From Thermodesulfovibrionales bacterium (lineage in GTDB: Bacteria; Nitrospirota; Thermodesulfovibrionia; Thermodesulfovibrionales; UBA6898): a stretch of 19,468 nt of DNA. Under the pieces are notes generated by a model, which saw only the letters and a program-made list of their open reading frames with translations, was not told the DNA's origin and ran no database searches. Of the stretch, positions 1-7,522 are shown in pieces. A program made the position numbers and the translations under genes. The stretch is taken from assembly GCA_044450345.1 (NCBI GenBank), contig JBIOIY010000056.1, forward strand, positions 1 to 19,468, read 5' to 3'. Within the stretch, counting starts at the first letter, position 1; the number at the start of each line of letters is the position of its first letter.

Positions 1-2
1 AC

Positions 3-377
3 GGAGACCTCCACAGAAACTGGAGAACGTGGGACCGGGGCAGGCACTGGAACAGATATGACTGGTATAAACATGAGTACAGAGAGCACGGGAGGCGGGA
101 TCATGACCGTGGACGAGATTTGCATGATGGCGGCCACGGGCATGGCGGTCGAGGGCTGCATGATGGCCGCGGAGAACGAGATGGCGGTCACGAGTTGCAT
201 GACGGCCGCGGAGGGCGAGATGGTCACAAGCCGGGAGACAGGGACGGCAAGAAGTACGATGGCGGAGGTATGAAGCATAATGGCGGTGGCATGAAGAAGT
301 CCGGAGATGCCGGCGGAAAGAAGTACGGTGGCGGAGGTCAACCAGGGCATCCGGACAAAAGTGATAGGGATCGATAG
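3..377 (+). CDS. 3' part of a hypothetical protein with a His/Gly/Arg-rich low-complexity tail; paralog of 555..1079 (5' end outside the window)
   Basis: The frame of ORF 120..377 is open back to position 3 and reads GDLHRNWRTWDRGRHW, which aligns with GDFNRNWRRWEKDKYW of 555..1079. It ends at TAG 375-377, upstream of a terminator. Confidence 0.85.
   Translation, partial: GDLHRNWRTWDRGRHWNRYDWYKHEYREHGRRDHDRGRDLHDGGHGHGGRGLHDGRGERDGGHELHDGRGGRDGHKPGDRDGKKYDGGGMKHNGGGMKKSGDAGGKKYGGGGQPGHPDKSDRDR
121..338 (+). repeat. In-frame coding repeats (LHDG x3; GKKY[D/G]GGG x2)
   Basis: TGCATGA(T/C)GGC at 121, 157 and 196 (spacing 36 and 39 nt). GG(C/A)AAGAAGTACG(A/G)TGGCGGAGGT at 246 and 315. Confidence 0.8.
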
Positions 378-427
378 ATTAGAAAAACAACTTCAATTGA
401 AAGAGTGTTACTTACTGGAATCCAATC

Positions 428-456
428 AAAAGGGGCTATCGCGTATAGCCCCTTTT
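428..456. terminator. Bidirectional rho-independent terminator
   Basis: AAAAGGGGCTAT-CGCGT-ATAGCCCCTTTT, a perfect 12-bp inverted repeat with A/T tails, between convergent genes. Confidence 0.85.
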
Positions 457-554
457 AAGTTTTTAATAACAAGATCACTGTTTCCTCGCCCCGCTCACCG
501 AAAGACAACACCGATGAGGAGATATCAGCTGTCGCCCTTATTTACTTAATACCG

Positions 555-1079
555 TTAATACCGTCCTCCCCCCTCCCTGTGCTCTTCGCGTCTCTCTCCT
601 CTGCCTTCTCTTCCTTCTTCCCGCCGTTCATGGCGTAACCCTTCCCTCCACCGTTCGTTTCTCTCCCAGTACTTGTCCTTCTCCCATCTCCTCCAGTTCC
701 TGTTAAAATCTCCATAGGGTATCCGCTCGTGTCCGGCATACACATGCCGATAGTCCGGCGGCAGCTCTATCAGGACGCTGGGAACTCTCCCAGGAGCAAG
801 ATAAGCCCACGGGCCGTTATAACCCCTGGCACGGTACCAGCGGCCTTCATAGGGGCGGTACCAGAAGCCGTGATAAAAGACAATGTCCACATCCGCTTCA
901 GGAGCATAGTAAACGTATGTCCCGGGGATTACCACCAACGGAGGCGGTGCGGAAAACCTGAAGACAGGGATATTGATCCCTATGCCCACACTTACCCCGG
1001 CGTCACCCCTGGCAGAAAATGCCGTTACAAAAAGAAGCGATAAGGCAACTGCTAAAAAAACCAACCTTCCTCTTTTCAT
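555..1079 (-). CDS. Secreted hypothetical protein (signal peptide, Pro/Tyr/Trp-rich core, charged tail)
   Basis: AAGGAGG RBS upstream of the ATG. MKRGRLVFLAVALSLLFVTAFSA signal-like N-terminus. VSVGIGINIP..PPPLVVIPG..YVYY..FYHGFWYR core. Confidence 0.9.
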   Translation of the reverse strand: MKRGRLVFLAVALSLLFVTAFSARGDAGVSVGIGINIPVFRFSAPPPLVVIPGTYVYYAPEADVDIVFYHGFWYRPYEGRWYRARGYNGPWAYLAPGRVPSVLIELPPDYRHVYAGHERIPYGDFNRNWRRWEKDKYWERNERWREGLRHERREEGREGRGERREEHREGGGRY

Positions 1080-1112
1080 GTCACTGTCCTCCTTCTTTAA
1101 GATAGATCAGTA

Positions 1113-1202
1113 TGGAAGATCAATTTGAAGGAAATGTGAAGGACTTCACAATGTGAGGCCTTCAATATGAAGGACTTCATGCAAAGGCCTTCAATATGAA
1201 GG
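1113..1202. promoter_or_regulatory. Cluster of TGAAG/CTTCA direct repeats and palindromes; putative regulator binding array
   Basis: AGGCCTTCAATATGAAGG exact at 1156-1173 and 1185-1202. TGAAGGACTTCA at 1137-1148 and 1168-1179. GAAG at 1115, 1127 and 1138 (11-12 bp phasing). Lies in a divergent intergenic region. Confidence 0.6.
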
Positions 1203-1434
1203 TTATCAACATCTGTTTTCCGGTACGACCCAAATGTGACATAGAGCGAGCTGGGGTGACGCCTTGGGGGAGAAGGCGCAATTATTTCTGTCTTTCGTCT
1301 TTTAACTGCCGAAACAGCCTTAATTGCGACTTTCTTCTATAGTTAAGACTTTGCGATTATTCCGGCATTGTTCCATTGTATGAATATGAGGTGTGTTTTC
1401 ATGTGAATTAAGTAGGGAAAGAGGTGGAGCAGAA

Positions 1435-2619
1435 ATGAAAAGCTTAGTCATTCTGGCAACAATTATGATAGCTTTGGTTATGATGCCGGTCATGGCGGTT
1501 GCCCAGCCTACTCAGCCCGGAACGGCCACTCCCCCGCTTTCACAGCCCCTGGTAAGGGAAGGCACTTTTGCAACCAAGCTTGCCGATGCCCTGAAGGTGG
1601 GGCCGGCCACAAACGAGGCTGAGGCCGAGCGTTCGTTAAGCGCGGTCGGTATAGCCCCGAAGAACGGCTGGATCGCTGATTACCCGGTGACGCCGGATAT
1701 CGCTGGTGAATTGCAGACTTCTATCGCCGATGCTGCAGTTGCAGGCAGAATATCATTAAAAAAGGATGCTGCAACGAAGACTTTCCAGGATGTGATGACC
1801 TCGTACAATCTGTCTGCAGCGCCGGGAATTTCAGACCTTGCTGCAAACGAGGCGTCTGCCCCGGCATATCCCGAATCTGAAGTCATAAACAACTACTACT
1901 ACGAAGAGGGGCCTCCTGTGGTTACCTATTATGCCCCGCCGCCGGATTATGCATACCTGTATAGCTGGGTACCTTATCCGTTTTGGGGGTGGGATTTCTG
2001 GTTCCCGGGCTTCTTTGTGTTGGGGGACTTTGATATAGGGTTCCGCGGGCACCATGGGCATGGGGATCATCACGGACATGGAGACAGGGAGTTTATCAGC
2101 AACCACTTCCGTGACCCCTCAACCGGCAGGATGTCGCGTATCGACCCCGCAAATAGGGCCCACGGCGGGACTTTTGCGGACAGGGGAGGCACTAGAGGAT
2201 GGACGAGTCCTTCTGCTAGGAGCAGTGCACAATCTATTGTGACAAACAGCAGGACCTTTGCATCGGCAAGGGTGAACTCTGCAAATGGGATTGCCCGTCC
2301 TACTTCCCTTAGCATGGCTTCTGTTTCAACTGCCGGCAAAAGGGCAGCAACCGGGGCAAGGACGTATGGGGGTTCAAACCTCAACAGCGCCAGGTCTTTT
2401 TCCGGACAGAGCAGGACTTTCAGCAGGCCTGCATACAGGACACAAGGTAATTTCACCCCGTCCATGGGAGGCAGGTCCTTTGTTTCGCCTTCCGGCGGGT
2501 CGAGATCGTTCAGCGCTCCTTCCGCCGGAGGGAGGTCAGGCGGCGCCTTTGGCGGGATGAGGGGCTCCTTTAGCGCCGGTGGAAGAGGTGGAGGTTCCTT
2601 TGGCCGCTCGAGGCGTTAA
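1435..2619 (+). CDS. Secreted hypothetical protein, paralog 1 (conserved N-domain, His-rich patch, Gly/Ser/Arg tail)
   Basis: Start moved to ATG 1435 (GAGGTGGAG RBS; MKSLVILATIMIALVMMPVMAVA signal peptide). Strong identity to 2652..3530 (PPLSQ.LVREGT.AT.LAD.LK.GP, GIAP.NGWIADYPVTPDIAGEL, EGPPVVTYYAPP.DYAY.Y.WV). Confidence 0.88.
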   Translation: MKSLVILATIMIALVMMPVMAVAQPTQPGTATPPLSQPLVREGTFATKLADALKVGPATNEAEAERSLSAVGIAPKNGWIADYPVTPDIAGELQTSIADAAVAGRISLKKDAATKTFQDVMTSYNLSAAPGISDLAANEASAPAYPESEVINNYYYEEGPPVVTYYAPPPDYAYLYSWVPYPFWGWDFWFPGFFVLGDFDIGFRGHHGHGDHHGHGDREFISNHFRDPSTGRMSRIDPANRAHGGTFADRGGTRGWTSPSARSSAQSIVTNSRTFASARVNSANGIARPTSLSMASVSTAGKRAATGARTYGGSNLNSARSFSGQSRTFSRPAYRTQGNFTPSMGGRSFVSPSGGSRSFSAPSAGGRSGGAFGGMRGSFSAGGRGGGSFGRSRR

Positions 2620-2651
2620 CCTCTGCGGTAACGGAAAGAGGTGGAGTGAAG

Positions 2652-3530
2652 ATGAAGGGCTTATTGATCATCACGCTATTGATCATGGCGGTCTTTGTAA
2701 CGATGCCGATCGTGGTAAATGCGGCCCCCCCGCTTTCACAATCTCTGGTGAGGGAAGGCACATTGGCAACCAGACTTGCCGATGTCCTGAAGCTTGGACC
2801 GGTCGGGGGCGAGGCGGAGGCGGAGAGTGCGCTAAGCGCGGCCGGCATAGCCCCGAGGAACGGCTGGATCGCCGATTATCCGGTTACACCGGACATTGCC
2901 GGTGAACTTGAGGCTTCTGTCGGCGATGCTGCAGGGACAGGCATTTTATCTATTACGAAGGATGCTGCCTTAAAGACATTCCGGGACGTGATGTCGGAGT
3001 ATAATCTGCCCGTGGCAGCGGAAGGCGAGGTCCGAAGCGCAGAGGCATCACCCCCTGATTATCCTGATGCCGAGGCCTTGGATAATTACTATGACAGCGA
3101 GGGGCCTCCGGTAGTCACCTACTATGCCCCTCCTTCTGATTACGCGTATATGTACGATTGGGTTGCTTCCCCGTTCTGGTGGTCGGGGGTTTGGTTCTCG
3201 GGTTTCCTTATCCTGACAGACTTTGACGTGAGGGTGCACAGCCATGGACATAAGCGCGGGGATGGGCACGACGAGTTTATCAGCAACCATTTCCGCGATG
3301 GGACCGGCAGGACAGCCAGGATAGATCCCACTGACAGGACCGCTGCAGCGGTGGGGATGCAGAGAGCACCTGCTCTCAGCACGCATACGCGCAGTACAAG
3401 CACATCCGGAAGCACGTGCAGTTCATGCCACTATAGCGCACCTTCCGGCGGGGGCAGGTCATCGGGTTTCTCAGGCTGGGGCAACAGGGGTTCTCACGGA
3501 GGTTCATCCGGAAGGAGCTGGAATAGGTAA
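2652..3530 (+). CDS. Secreted hypothetical protein, paralog 2 (tandem duplicate, C-terminal CxxCH)
   Basis: Same GGAAAGAGGTGGAG RBS as paralog 1, ATG at 2652, signal peptide ending VVNA, CSSCH at 3417-3431. Confidence 0.88.
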   Translation: MKGLLIITLLIMAVFVTMPIVVNAAPPLSQSLVREGTLATRLADVLKLGPVGGEAEAESALSAAGIAPRNGWIADYPVTPDIAGELEASVGDAAGTGILSITKDAALKTFRDVMSEYNLPVAAEGEVRSAEASPPDYPDAEALDNYYDSEGPPVVTYYAPPSDYAYMYDWVASPFWWSGVWFSGFLILTDFDVRVHSHGHKRGDGHDEFISNHFRDGTGRTARIDPTDRTAAAVGMQRAPALSTHTRSTSTSGSTCSSCHYSAPSGGGRSSGFSGWGNRGSHGGSSGRSWNR

Positions 3531-3536
3531 CCCTGT

Positions 3537-5609
3537 TTAATCGTCAGCAGGATAGCCCGTTTTTTGAGGCGCACCATGGTCTTCTTCGCAGGCGGAACCG
3601 TTGCCGTCCCACATGAGGACGCAGTCCCTTCCTTTCATCTTTGCCTTGTACAGCGCCCTGTCAGCGCATCTGATAAGATGGTCCTTCAGTCCGCCGCAGT
3701 CCGGGAACATCGAGATTCCCGCACTTATCGTAATCTGCTTTGCCGGGAACCTCTTCCATGCCAGCTGTATCTGGTCCCTGATGTTCTTCATTATCCTCTC
3801 CGCCACCCCTAGTGCCTCTGCCTTCGATGTCTGCGGCATCAGGATTACGAATTCGTCCCCCCCGAACCTTACGAGTATGTCGTTAGCCCTCACCGCGGCA
3901 GACATGATCGAGGCGACCTCCTTCAGGATATAATCCCCGGCCAGATGGCCCTCGGCGTCATTGAAGAGCTTGAAGATGTCGATGTCCATTATCACGAGGG
4001 ACATAGGGAGAGCGTACCGCCTTGCCCGCCGGGATTCTTCATCGAGGCGGATATTGAAGTATCGCCTGTTAAAAAGACCGGTGAGCGGATCAGTTATGGA
4101 AAGCTCCCTCATCTGTTCCGACCTCTCGTGATAGTCGCAGAGCCTCAGGAGGACGGATGCCTGAGAAACAAAGCCGGCAAGGGTACTGATGTCCTTTTCC
4201 GAAAAAGGCTCGCCAGAGTACTTGTCCGAGAGGTTCAGGACCCCTATCGTCTCATCCGCCACCTTCAGCGGTAAGCTGATCGATGAGGGCGTCCTATAAT
4301 GGGATTTAACTGCAGACGTATACTCCAAGATCACCTCTTCGCGGTCGGTGAGGACCGGCTCTCCCGTTTCATAGACCCTTCCTGCAATGCCCTCACCAGG
4401 TCTCACCCTCACGCTTCCCATAAGCCACCGGTTGATGCCTTTCGAGGCAAAGACCCGGAGCGTCTTCTCGTCGTATTCCGGCATCATGAGAGAGCATTTC
4501 TCAGCGCCAACGAGCTCAGATGCCTCACTGACGATGCCTTCATAGAGGCGTTCAGGCTCCCTGAAGTGAGAATAGAGGCTGAATATCCTGTTCGAGACCT
4601 GTCCCAGCGATACGGCTTTTCTTTCGTAGTCCTCCTTCTGCTGCCTTATGCCGCAGAGGTAAGATGAGAGCATGCAGAGTTCCTGCACCGCATTGAACGC
4701 CTCCTTGTCAAGAAGGGTGTTAAAGACGCCGAGGAACCCGAACGAGCCGAACGCGGAAGACAGGGGAAAGAGATACATCGATACGACCTCTTCCGGAAAG
4801 CCGCTGTACCAAAGCTCGTGCCCGTCAAGGACTGCGGCGGGTCTGCCGGACGCCGACGCCTGGGAAAAGAATTGGTTATCTTTTGAAAGGTCGATCTGCT
4901 GAATCAGGCCGCTCTGCCTGCCGGCCGCAACTTCGGGGATAAAGGATTCGTTTCCCTTCGAAAAGACCGCGGCTGTATCCACATTGAACAGGAAAATGAC
5001 CGCGTCGACGATTGTCCGGTAAATGTCCTTTATCAGGGTGTCCGAGTTCATGTTCGCCATGAGACTCACAATCGTCCTTGAGCATCTCCATTTCCTGCTC
5101 AGCTCGTCTTTCTCATGGCCCGATGAGATCAGATTCTCTATAAGAGAATGGATACTTTGCAGCCTGCCTGTCATCTGCTCGGAAGGGATGACCGTGATCT
5201 CCTTCAGCCAGCCTTCCATTCCCTTCCTCTCAAGGCCGAACTTGCCGGCGCTTCGCACATAAAACATCTTGAAATCCTCGGCAGACGCATAAAACGCCTC
5301 CGCAGTTGCCACCAGTCTCAGGTCTTTGTAATTAATCGGCAGAACAACGAGATGCTGCATTGTATAAGGCTGGATAATAAACGGGTTGCTCCTCTTCAGC
5401 GAGAGTCCGAGTTGTTCTTCGATGAAGCTGTCGTATAGTTTCTGTCCGTTCTTGTCCGACTTTAGAAACGACAGGAGTGCGTCCTCCTTAACAGGCGATA
5501 TGAGCCGGTTCAGTCTGTCGTCATATAACGAGTAGTGAAGCCCCGTAAGCACCGAGAGGGACTCGAATGCCTTTGTCAGGGACTGCACGTCAAGAAAACG
5601 GTACCCCAT
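3537..5609 (-). CDS. Diguanylate cyclase: PocR-like N-domain, two GAF-like domains, GGDEF
   Basis: Start ATG 5609 with GGAGG RBS. TDPLTGLFNRRYF, DID.FK.FND..GH..GD, RAND I-site, RFGGDEF. GAF signature GEGIAGRV...SLPLKVADETIGVLNLSDK..FSEKD. Confidence 0.93.
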   Translation of the reverse strand: MGYRFLDVQSLTKAFESLSVLTGLHYSLYDDRLNRLISPVKEDALLSFLKSDKNGQKLYDSFIEEQLGLSLKRSNPFIIQPYTMQHLVVLPINYKDLRLVATAEAFYASAEDFKMFYVRSAGKFGLERKGMEGWLKEITVIPSEQMTGRLQSIHSLIENLISSGHEKDELSRKWRCSRTIVSLMANMNSDTLIKDIYRTIVDAVIFLFNVDTAAVFSKGNESFIPEVAAGRQSGLIQQIDLSKDNQFFSQASASGRPAAVLDGHELWYSGFPEEVVSMYLFPLSSAFGSFGFLGVFNTLLDKEAFNAVQELCMLSSYLCGIRQQKEDYERKAVSLGQVSNRIFSLYSHFREPERLYEGIVSEASELVGAEKCSLMMPEYDEKTLRVFASKGINRWLMGSVRVRPGEGIAGRVYETGEPVLTDREEVILEYTSAVKSHYRTPSSISLPLKVADETIGVLNLSDKYSGEPFSEKDISTLAGFVSQASVLLRLCDYHERSEQMRELSITDPLTGLFNRRYFNIRLDEESRRARRYALPMSLVIMDIDIFKLFNDAEGHLAGDYILKEVASIMSAAVRANDILVRFGGDEFVILMPQTSKAEALGVAERIMKNIRDQIQLAWKRFPAKQITISAGISMFPDCGGLKDHLIRCADRALYKAKMKGRDCVLMWDGNGSACEEDHGAPQKTGYPADD

Positions 5610-5751
5610 AGCTTGCCCTCCTGCAAGAGCTACACTTGAATAAAATGCATGTAAAAACCCGACTGCCCACACATAAGCAAGCCTCCCGCCGTAGCGGCGC
5701 AATAAAAAGAACTCGATTATTCAGTCCGCAGGCCCCCCCGGGTCGCTACTA

Positions 5752-5776
5752 AAAAGATACACAAAAAATATCTTTT
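5752..5776. promoter_or_regulatory. Palindromic operator-like site
   Basis: AAAAGATA-N9-TATCTTTT perfect inverted repeat in a divergent intergenic region. Confidence 0.4.
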
Positions 5777-5952
5777 CCTCAACAGAATTCTTGCCTGAGG
5801 TGATACGGATGCAGGCCGACGTGCCGGCGCGGCCGCGCAAAGCCGATCTCATTGCCTTGACGACGCCTTGAAACCCGCTAATATGTAATTATGACAAAGA
5901 GGCGCCGGGATTCTTGCTTTGCCGCCGGACTATCAACTAAGGACACCCAACT

Positions 5953-6063
5953 ATGTGGATAGTCAGGCTTGCGCTGCGGAGGCCTTACACGATTGCAGTC
6001 ATGGCGCTCCTGATCCTTGTACTCGGGACTCTTTCGGCCACCCGGATGATAAATTGCGCTTGA
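5953..6063 (+). pseudogene. 36-aa ORF matching the N-terminus (TM1) of an AcrB/CusA-family RND permease; remnant or small membrane protein
   Basis: AAGGA RBS then ATG 5953: MWIVRLALRRPYTIAVMALLILVLGTLSATRMINCA*. This closely resembles the MWIVRLALRRP...RMPVDIFP start of RND permeases, with similarity lost after RM. Confidence 0.8.
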
Positions 6064-6082
6064 ACCGTCAATGTCTTAGAAT
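6054..6082 (+). promoter_or_regulatory. Putative sigma70 promoter giving a leaderless arsS mRNA
   Basis: TTGCGC-17 bp-TAGAAT, with the -10 ending 7 nt before ATG 6090. No SD sequence upstream of that ATG. Confidence 0.5.
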
Positions 6083-6089
6083 AAATGCC

Positions 6090-7055
6090 ATGGAGAATGG
6101 CGCCGGCTTCGGAGACAGGATAAGGGATATACAACCCGCGGCCCTTTCGGCGATCGATATCTCTATCCTCCAGGTGAACCTCGGCTACAGATGCAATATG
6201 GCCTGCGCACATTGCCACGTCGATGCACGGCCCGACAGGGACCAGATAATGGGGGAGGAGACGATCGAGGCCGTCATTGAAGTCTTGAAGGACAACGATA
6301 TCAGGACGCTCGATATCACAGGCGGTGCCCCCGAGATGAACCCCCATTTTGCCCATCTCGTCAAAAAGGCCAGAGAGGCGGGACACCGTGTCATTGTCCG
6401 CACAAACCTCACCATATTTTTTGAAGAGGGCATGGAACGCCTCCCGGAATTCATGAGTGAGAACTCGGTCAGGGTCATCGCATCCATGCCTTGTTATACA
6501 GAGGACAACGTAGACCGCGCAAGAGGGAAAGGGACTTTTAAGAAATGCGCAAAGGCCCTCGCCATGCTGAACAGCTTCGGATATGGAAACGGTTCTGCTG
6601 ATAAGGGACTGGACCTCGTATATAACCCCTCAGGTCCATTTTTGGCGCCTCCTCAAAAGGCTTTGGAAGAAGACTACAGAAGAGAGTTGAAGAGGAATTA
6701 CGGAATAACGTTCGACAGTCTGTATGCGTTTACGAACATGCCGATAGGCAGGTTCAGGGACTTGCTTGTAAAGACCGGCCGCCTGGAAAAGTATAGTGAA
6801 TACCTCATCTCCGCCTTTAACCCCGAAAACCTCAAGGGCCTTATGTGCAGAAAGCTCCTGAGCATTGGATGGGACGGACGGCTGTACGACTGCGATTTCA
6901 ACCAGATGCTCAACGTCCCGGTGCATCCGCATTTCCCGCAGCACATTAAGGAATTCGACTACTCACGTCTTAAGAACAGGCCTATCGCAGTCGGCGACCA
7001 CTGCTACGCCTGCACCGCAGGACAGGGCTCCACCTGAATAGGCGCAATCGCCTGA
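6090..7055 (+). CDS. arsS: Radical SAM/Cys-rich (seleno)protein of the ArsS family (DUF3641 C-terminus); UGA 7035-7037 read as Sec
   Basis: LQVNLGYRCNMACAHCHVDA (CxxxCxxC), LDITGGAPEMNP, LVYNP.G.FL.PPQ..LE..Y, GLMCR, LYDCDFNQML, HCYACTAGQGST-TGA-IGAIA-TGA. Family members end CTAG.GSSCGGAL. Start set at ATG 6090. Confidence 0.9.
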
Positions 7056-7080
7056 CAGGCAGTTTGCCTGTATCGCGCTT
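7040..7080 (+). promoter_or_regulatory. Putative bacterial SECIS element
   Basis: Upper stem ACAGGCA/TGCCTGT (7055-7061/7065-7071) with a G-initiated GTT loop 24 nt after the UGA. Lower stem AGGCGC/GCGCTT (7040-7045/7075-7080). Confidence 0.7.
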
Positions 7081-7148
7081 AGAGTAATTTATATCTATAC
7101 ACTTCGCGGTGCATGCTGCGGGCCTCTTAACACCAATAATTCACACGC

Positions 7149-7272
7149 AGCACGAGGAGACCATCTTCTCTCTCATTCTCGTCCCGATGAATCGGGGCTC
7201 CGAGGCAATTTCTCCAAAAATATTCTGTTTGTTGGAGAAATTAAAACCGTTCCAAGATAGTCACCTCCTGCT
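7149..7272 (-). repeat. Structured intergenic element, copy A (three-way junction)
   Basis: Closing stem 7149-7167/7254-7272, stem AATTTCTCCAA/TTGGAGAAATT (7207-7217/7232-7242), and CTCG..CGAG stem capped by TCCCGATGAATCGGGG. Homologous to the reverse complement of 7317-7446. Confidence 0.8.
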
Positions 7273-7316
7273 TCTGCGCCATGACAAGCAGGAAGTTTTA
7301 TGAATAATTTGGACTC

Positions 7317-7446
7317 AGGATTGAGAGGGAACTGTCTTAGAGCGGCTTCAATTTCTCGTATTGCCCGACGCAGGAGGGGGAGAAATTGCCTCGGAGGTCG
7401 CCGCGGCGACCGAGAATGAGCGAAAAGATGGTTTCCTCTCAATCCT
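7317..7446 (+). repeat. Structured intergenic element, copy B (inverted relative to A)
   Basis: 22-bp closing stem 7317-7338/7425-7446 (3 G-U pairs), CAATTTCTC/GAGAAATTG (7349-7357/7380-7388), CTCG/CGAG stem capped by GGTCGCCGCGGCGACC. Confidence 0.8.
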
Positions 7447-7469
7447 TTCCTGGAAATGATAGCCGAATT

Positions 7470-7478
7470 TGCTATAAT
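7470..7478 (+). promoter_or_regulatory. Extended -10 promoter of the ABC exporter operon
   Basis: TGCTATAAT (TGnTATAAT) 44 nt upstream of ATG 7523. AAGGAG RBS at 7508-7513. Confidence 0.65.
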
Positions 7479-7522
7479 GGTGAGATCCGTTTTTCAACAA
7501 CGAACTTAAGGAGTCTTGTGAA

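Noticed and set aside
58..273. 71-aa Met/Ala-rich ORF
   Set aside because: Alternative frame of the repetitive coding tail. The frame starting at 3 has the paralog match.
1113..1202. Mini-CRISPR array
   Set aside because: Only two 18-bp repeats with an 11-bp spacer, and no cas genes.
5610..5702. Signal-peptide-like N-terminal extension of the GGDEF protein
   Set aside because: TTG start without an RBS. ATG 5609 has GGAGG and the protein is otherwise cytoplasmic.
5919..6089. 57-aa N-terminal extension of the radical SAM ORF
   Set aside because: TTG start with no family similarity. The region is better explained by the out-of-frame RND fragment and a promoter.
7053..7082. Second Sec readthrough at TGA 7053-7055
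   Set aside because: Homologs end at about this point, and the hairpin loop is too close (6 nt) to serve this codon.
7140..7450. tRNA-Sec (selC), 6S RNA or hammerhead ribozyme next to the selenoprotein gene
   Set aside because: No T-arm GTTCRA or paired UCA anticodon arm, no CUGAUGA/GAAA hammerhead core, and the fold is a duplicated three-way junction rather than a 6S rod.
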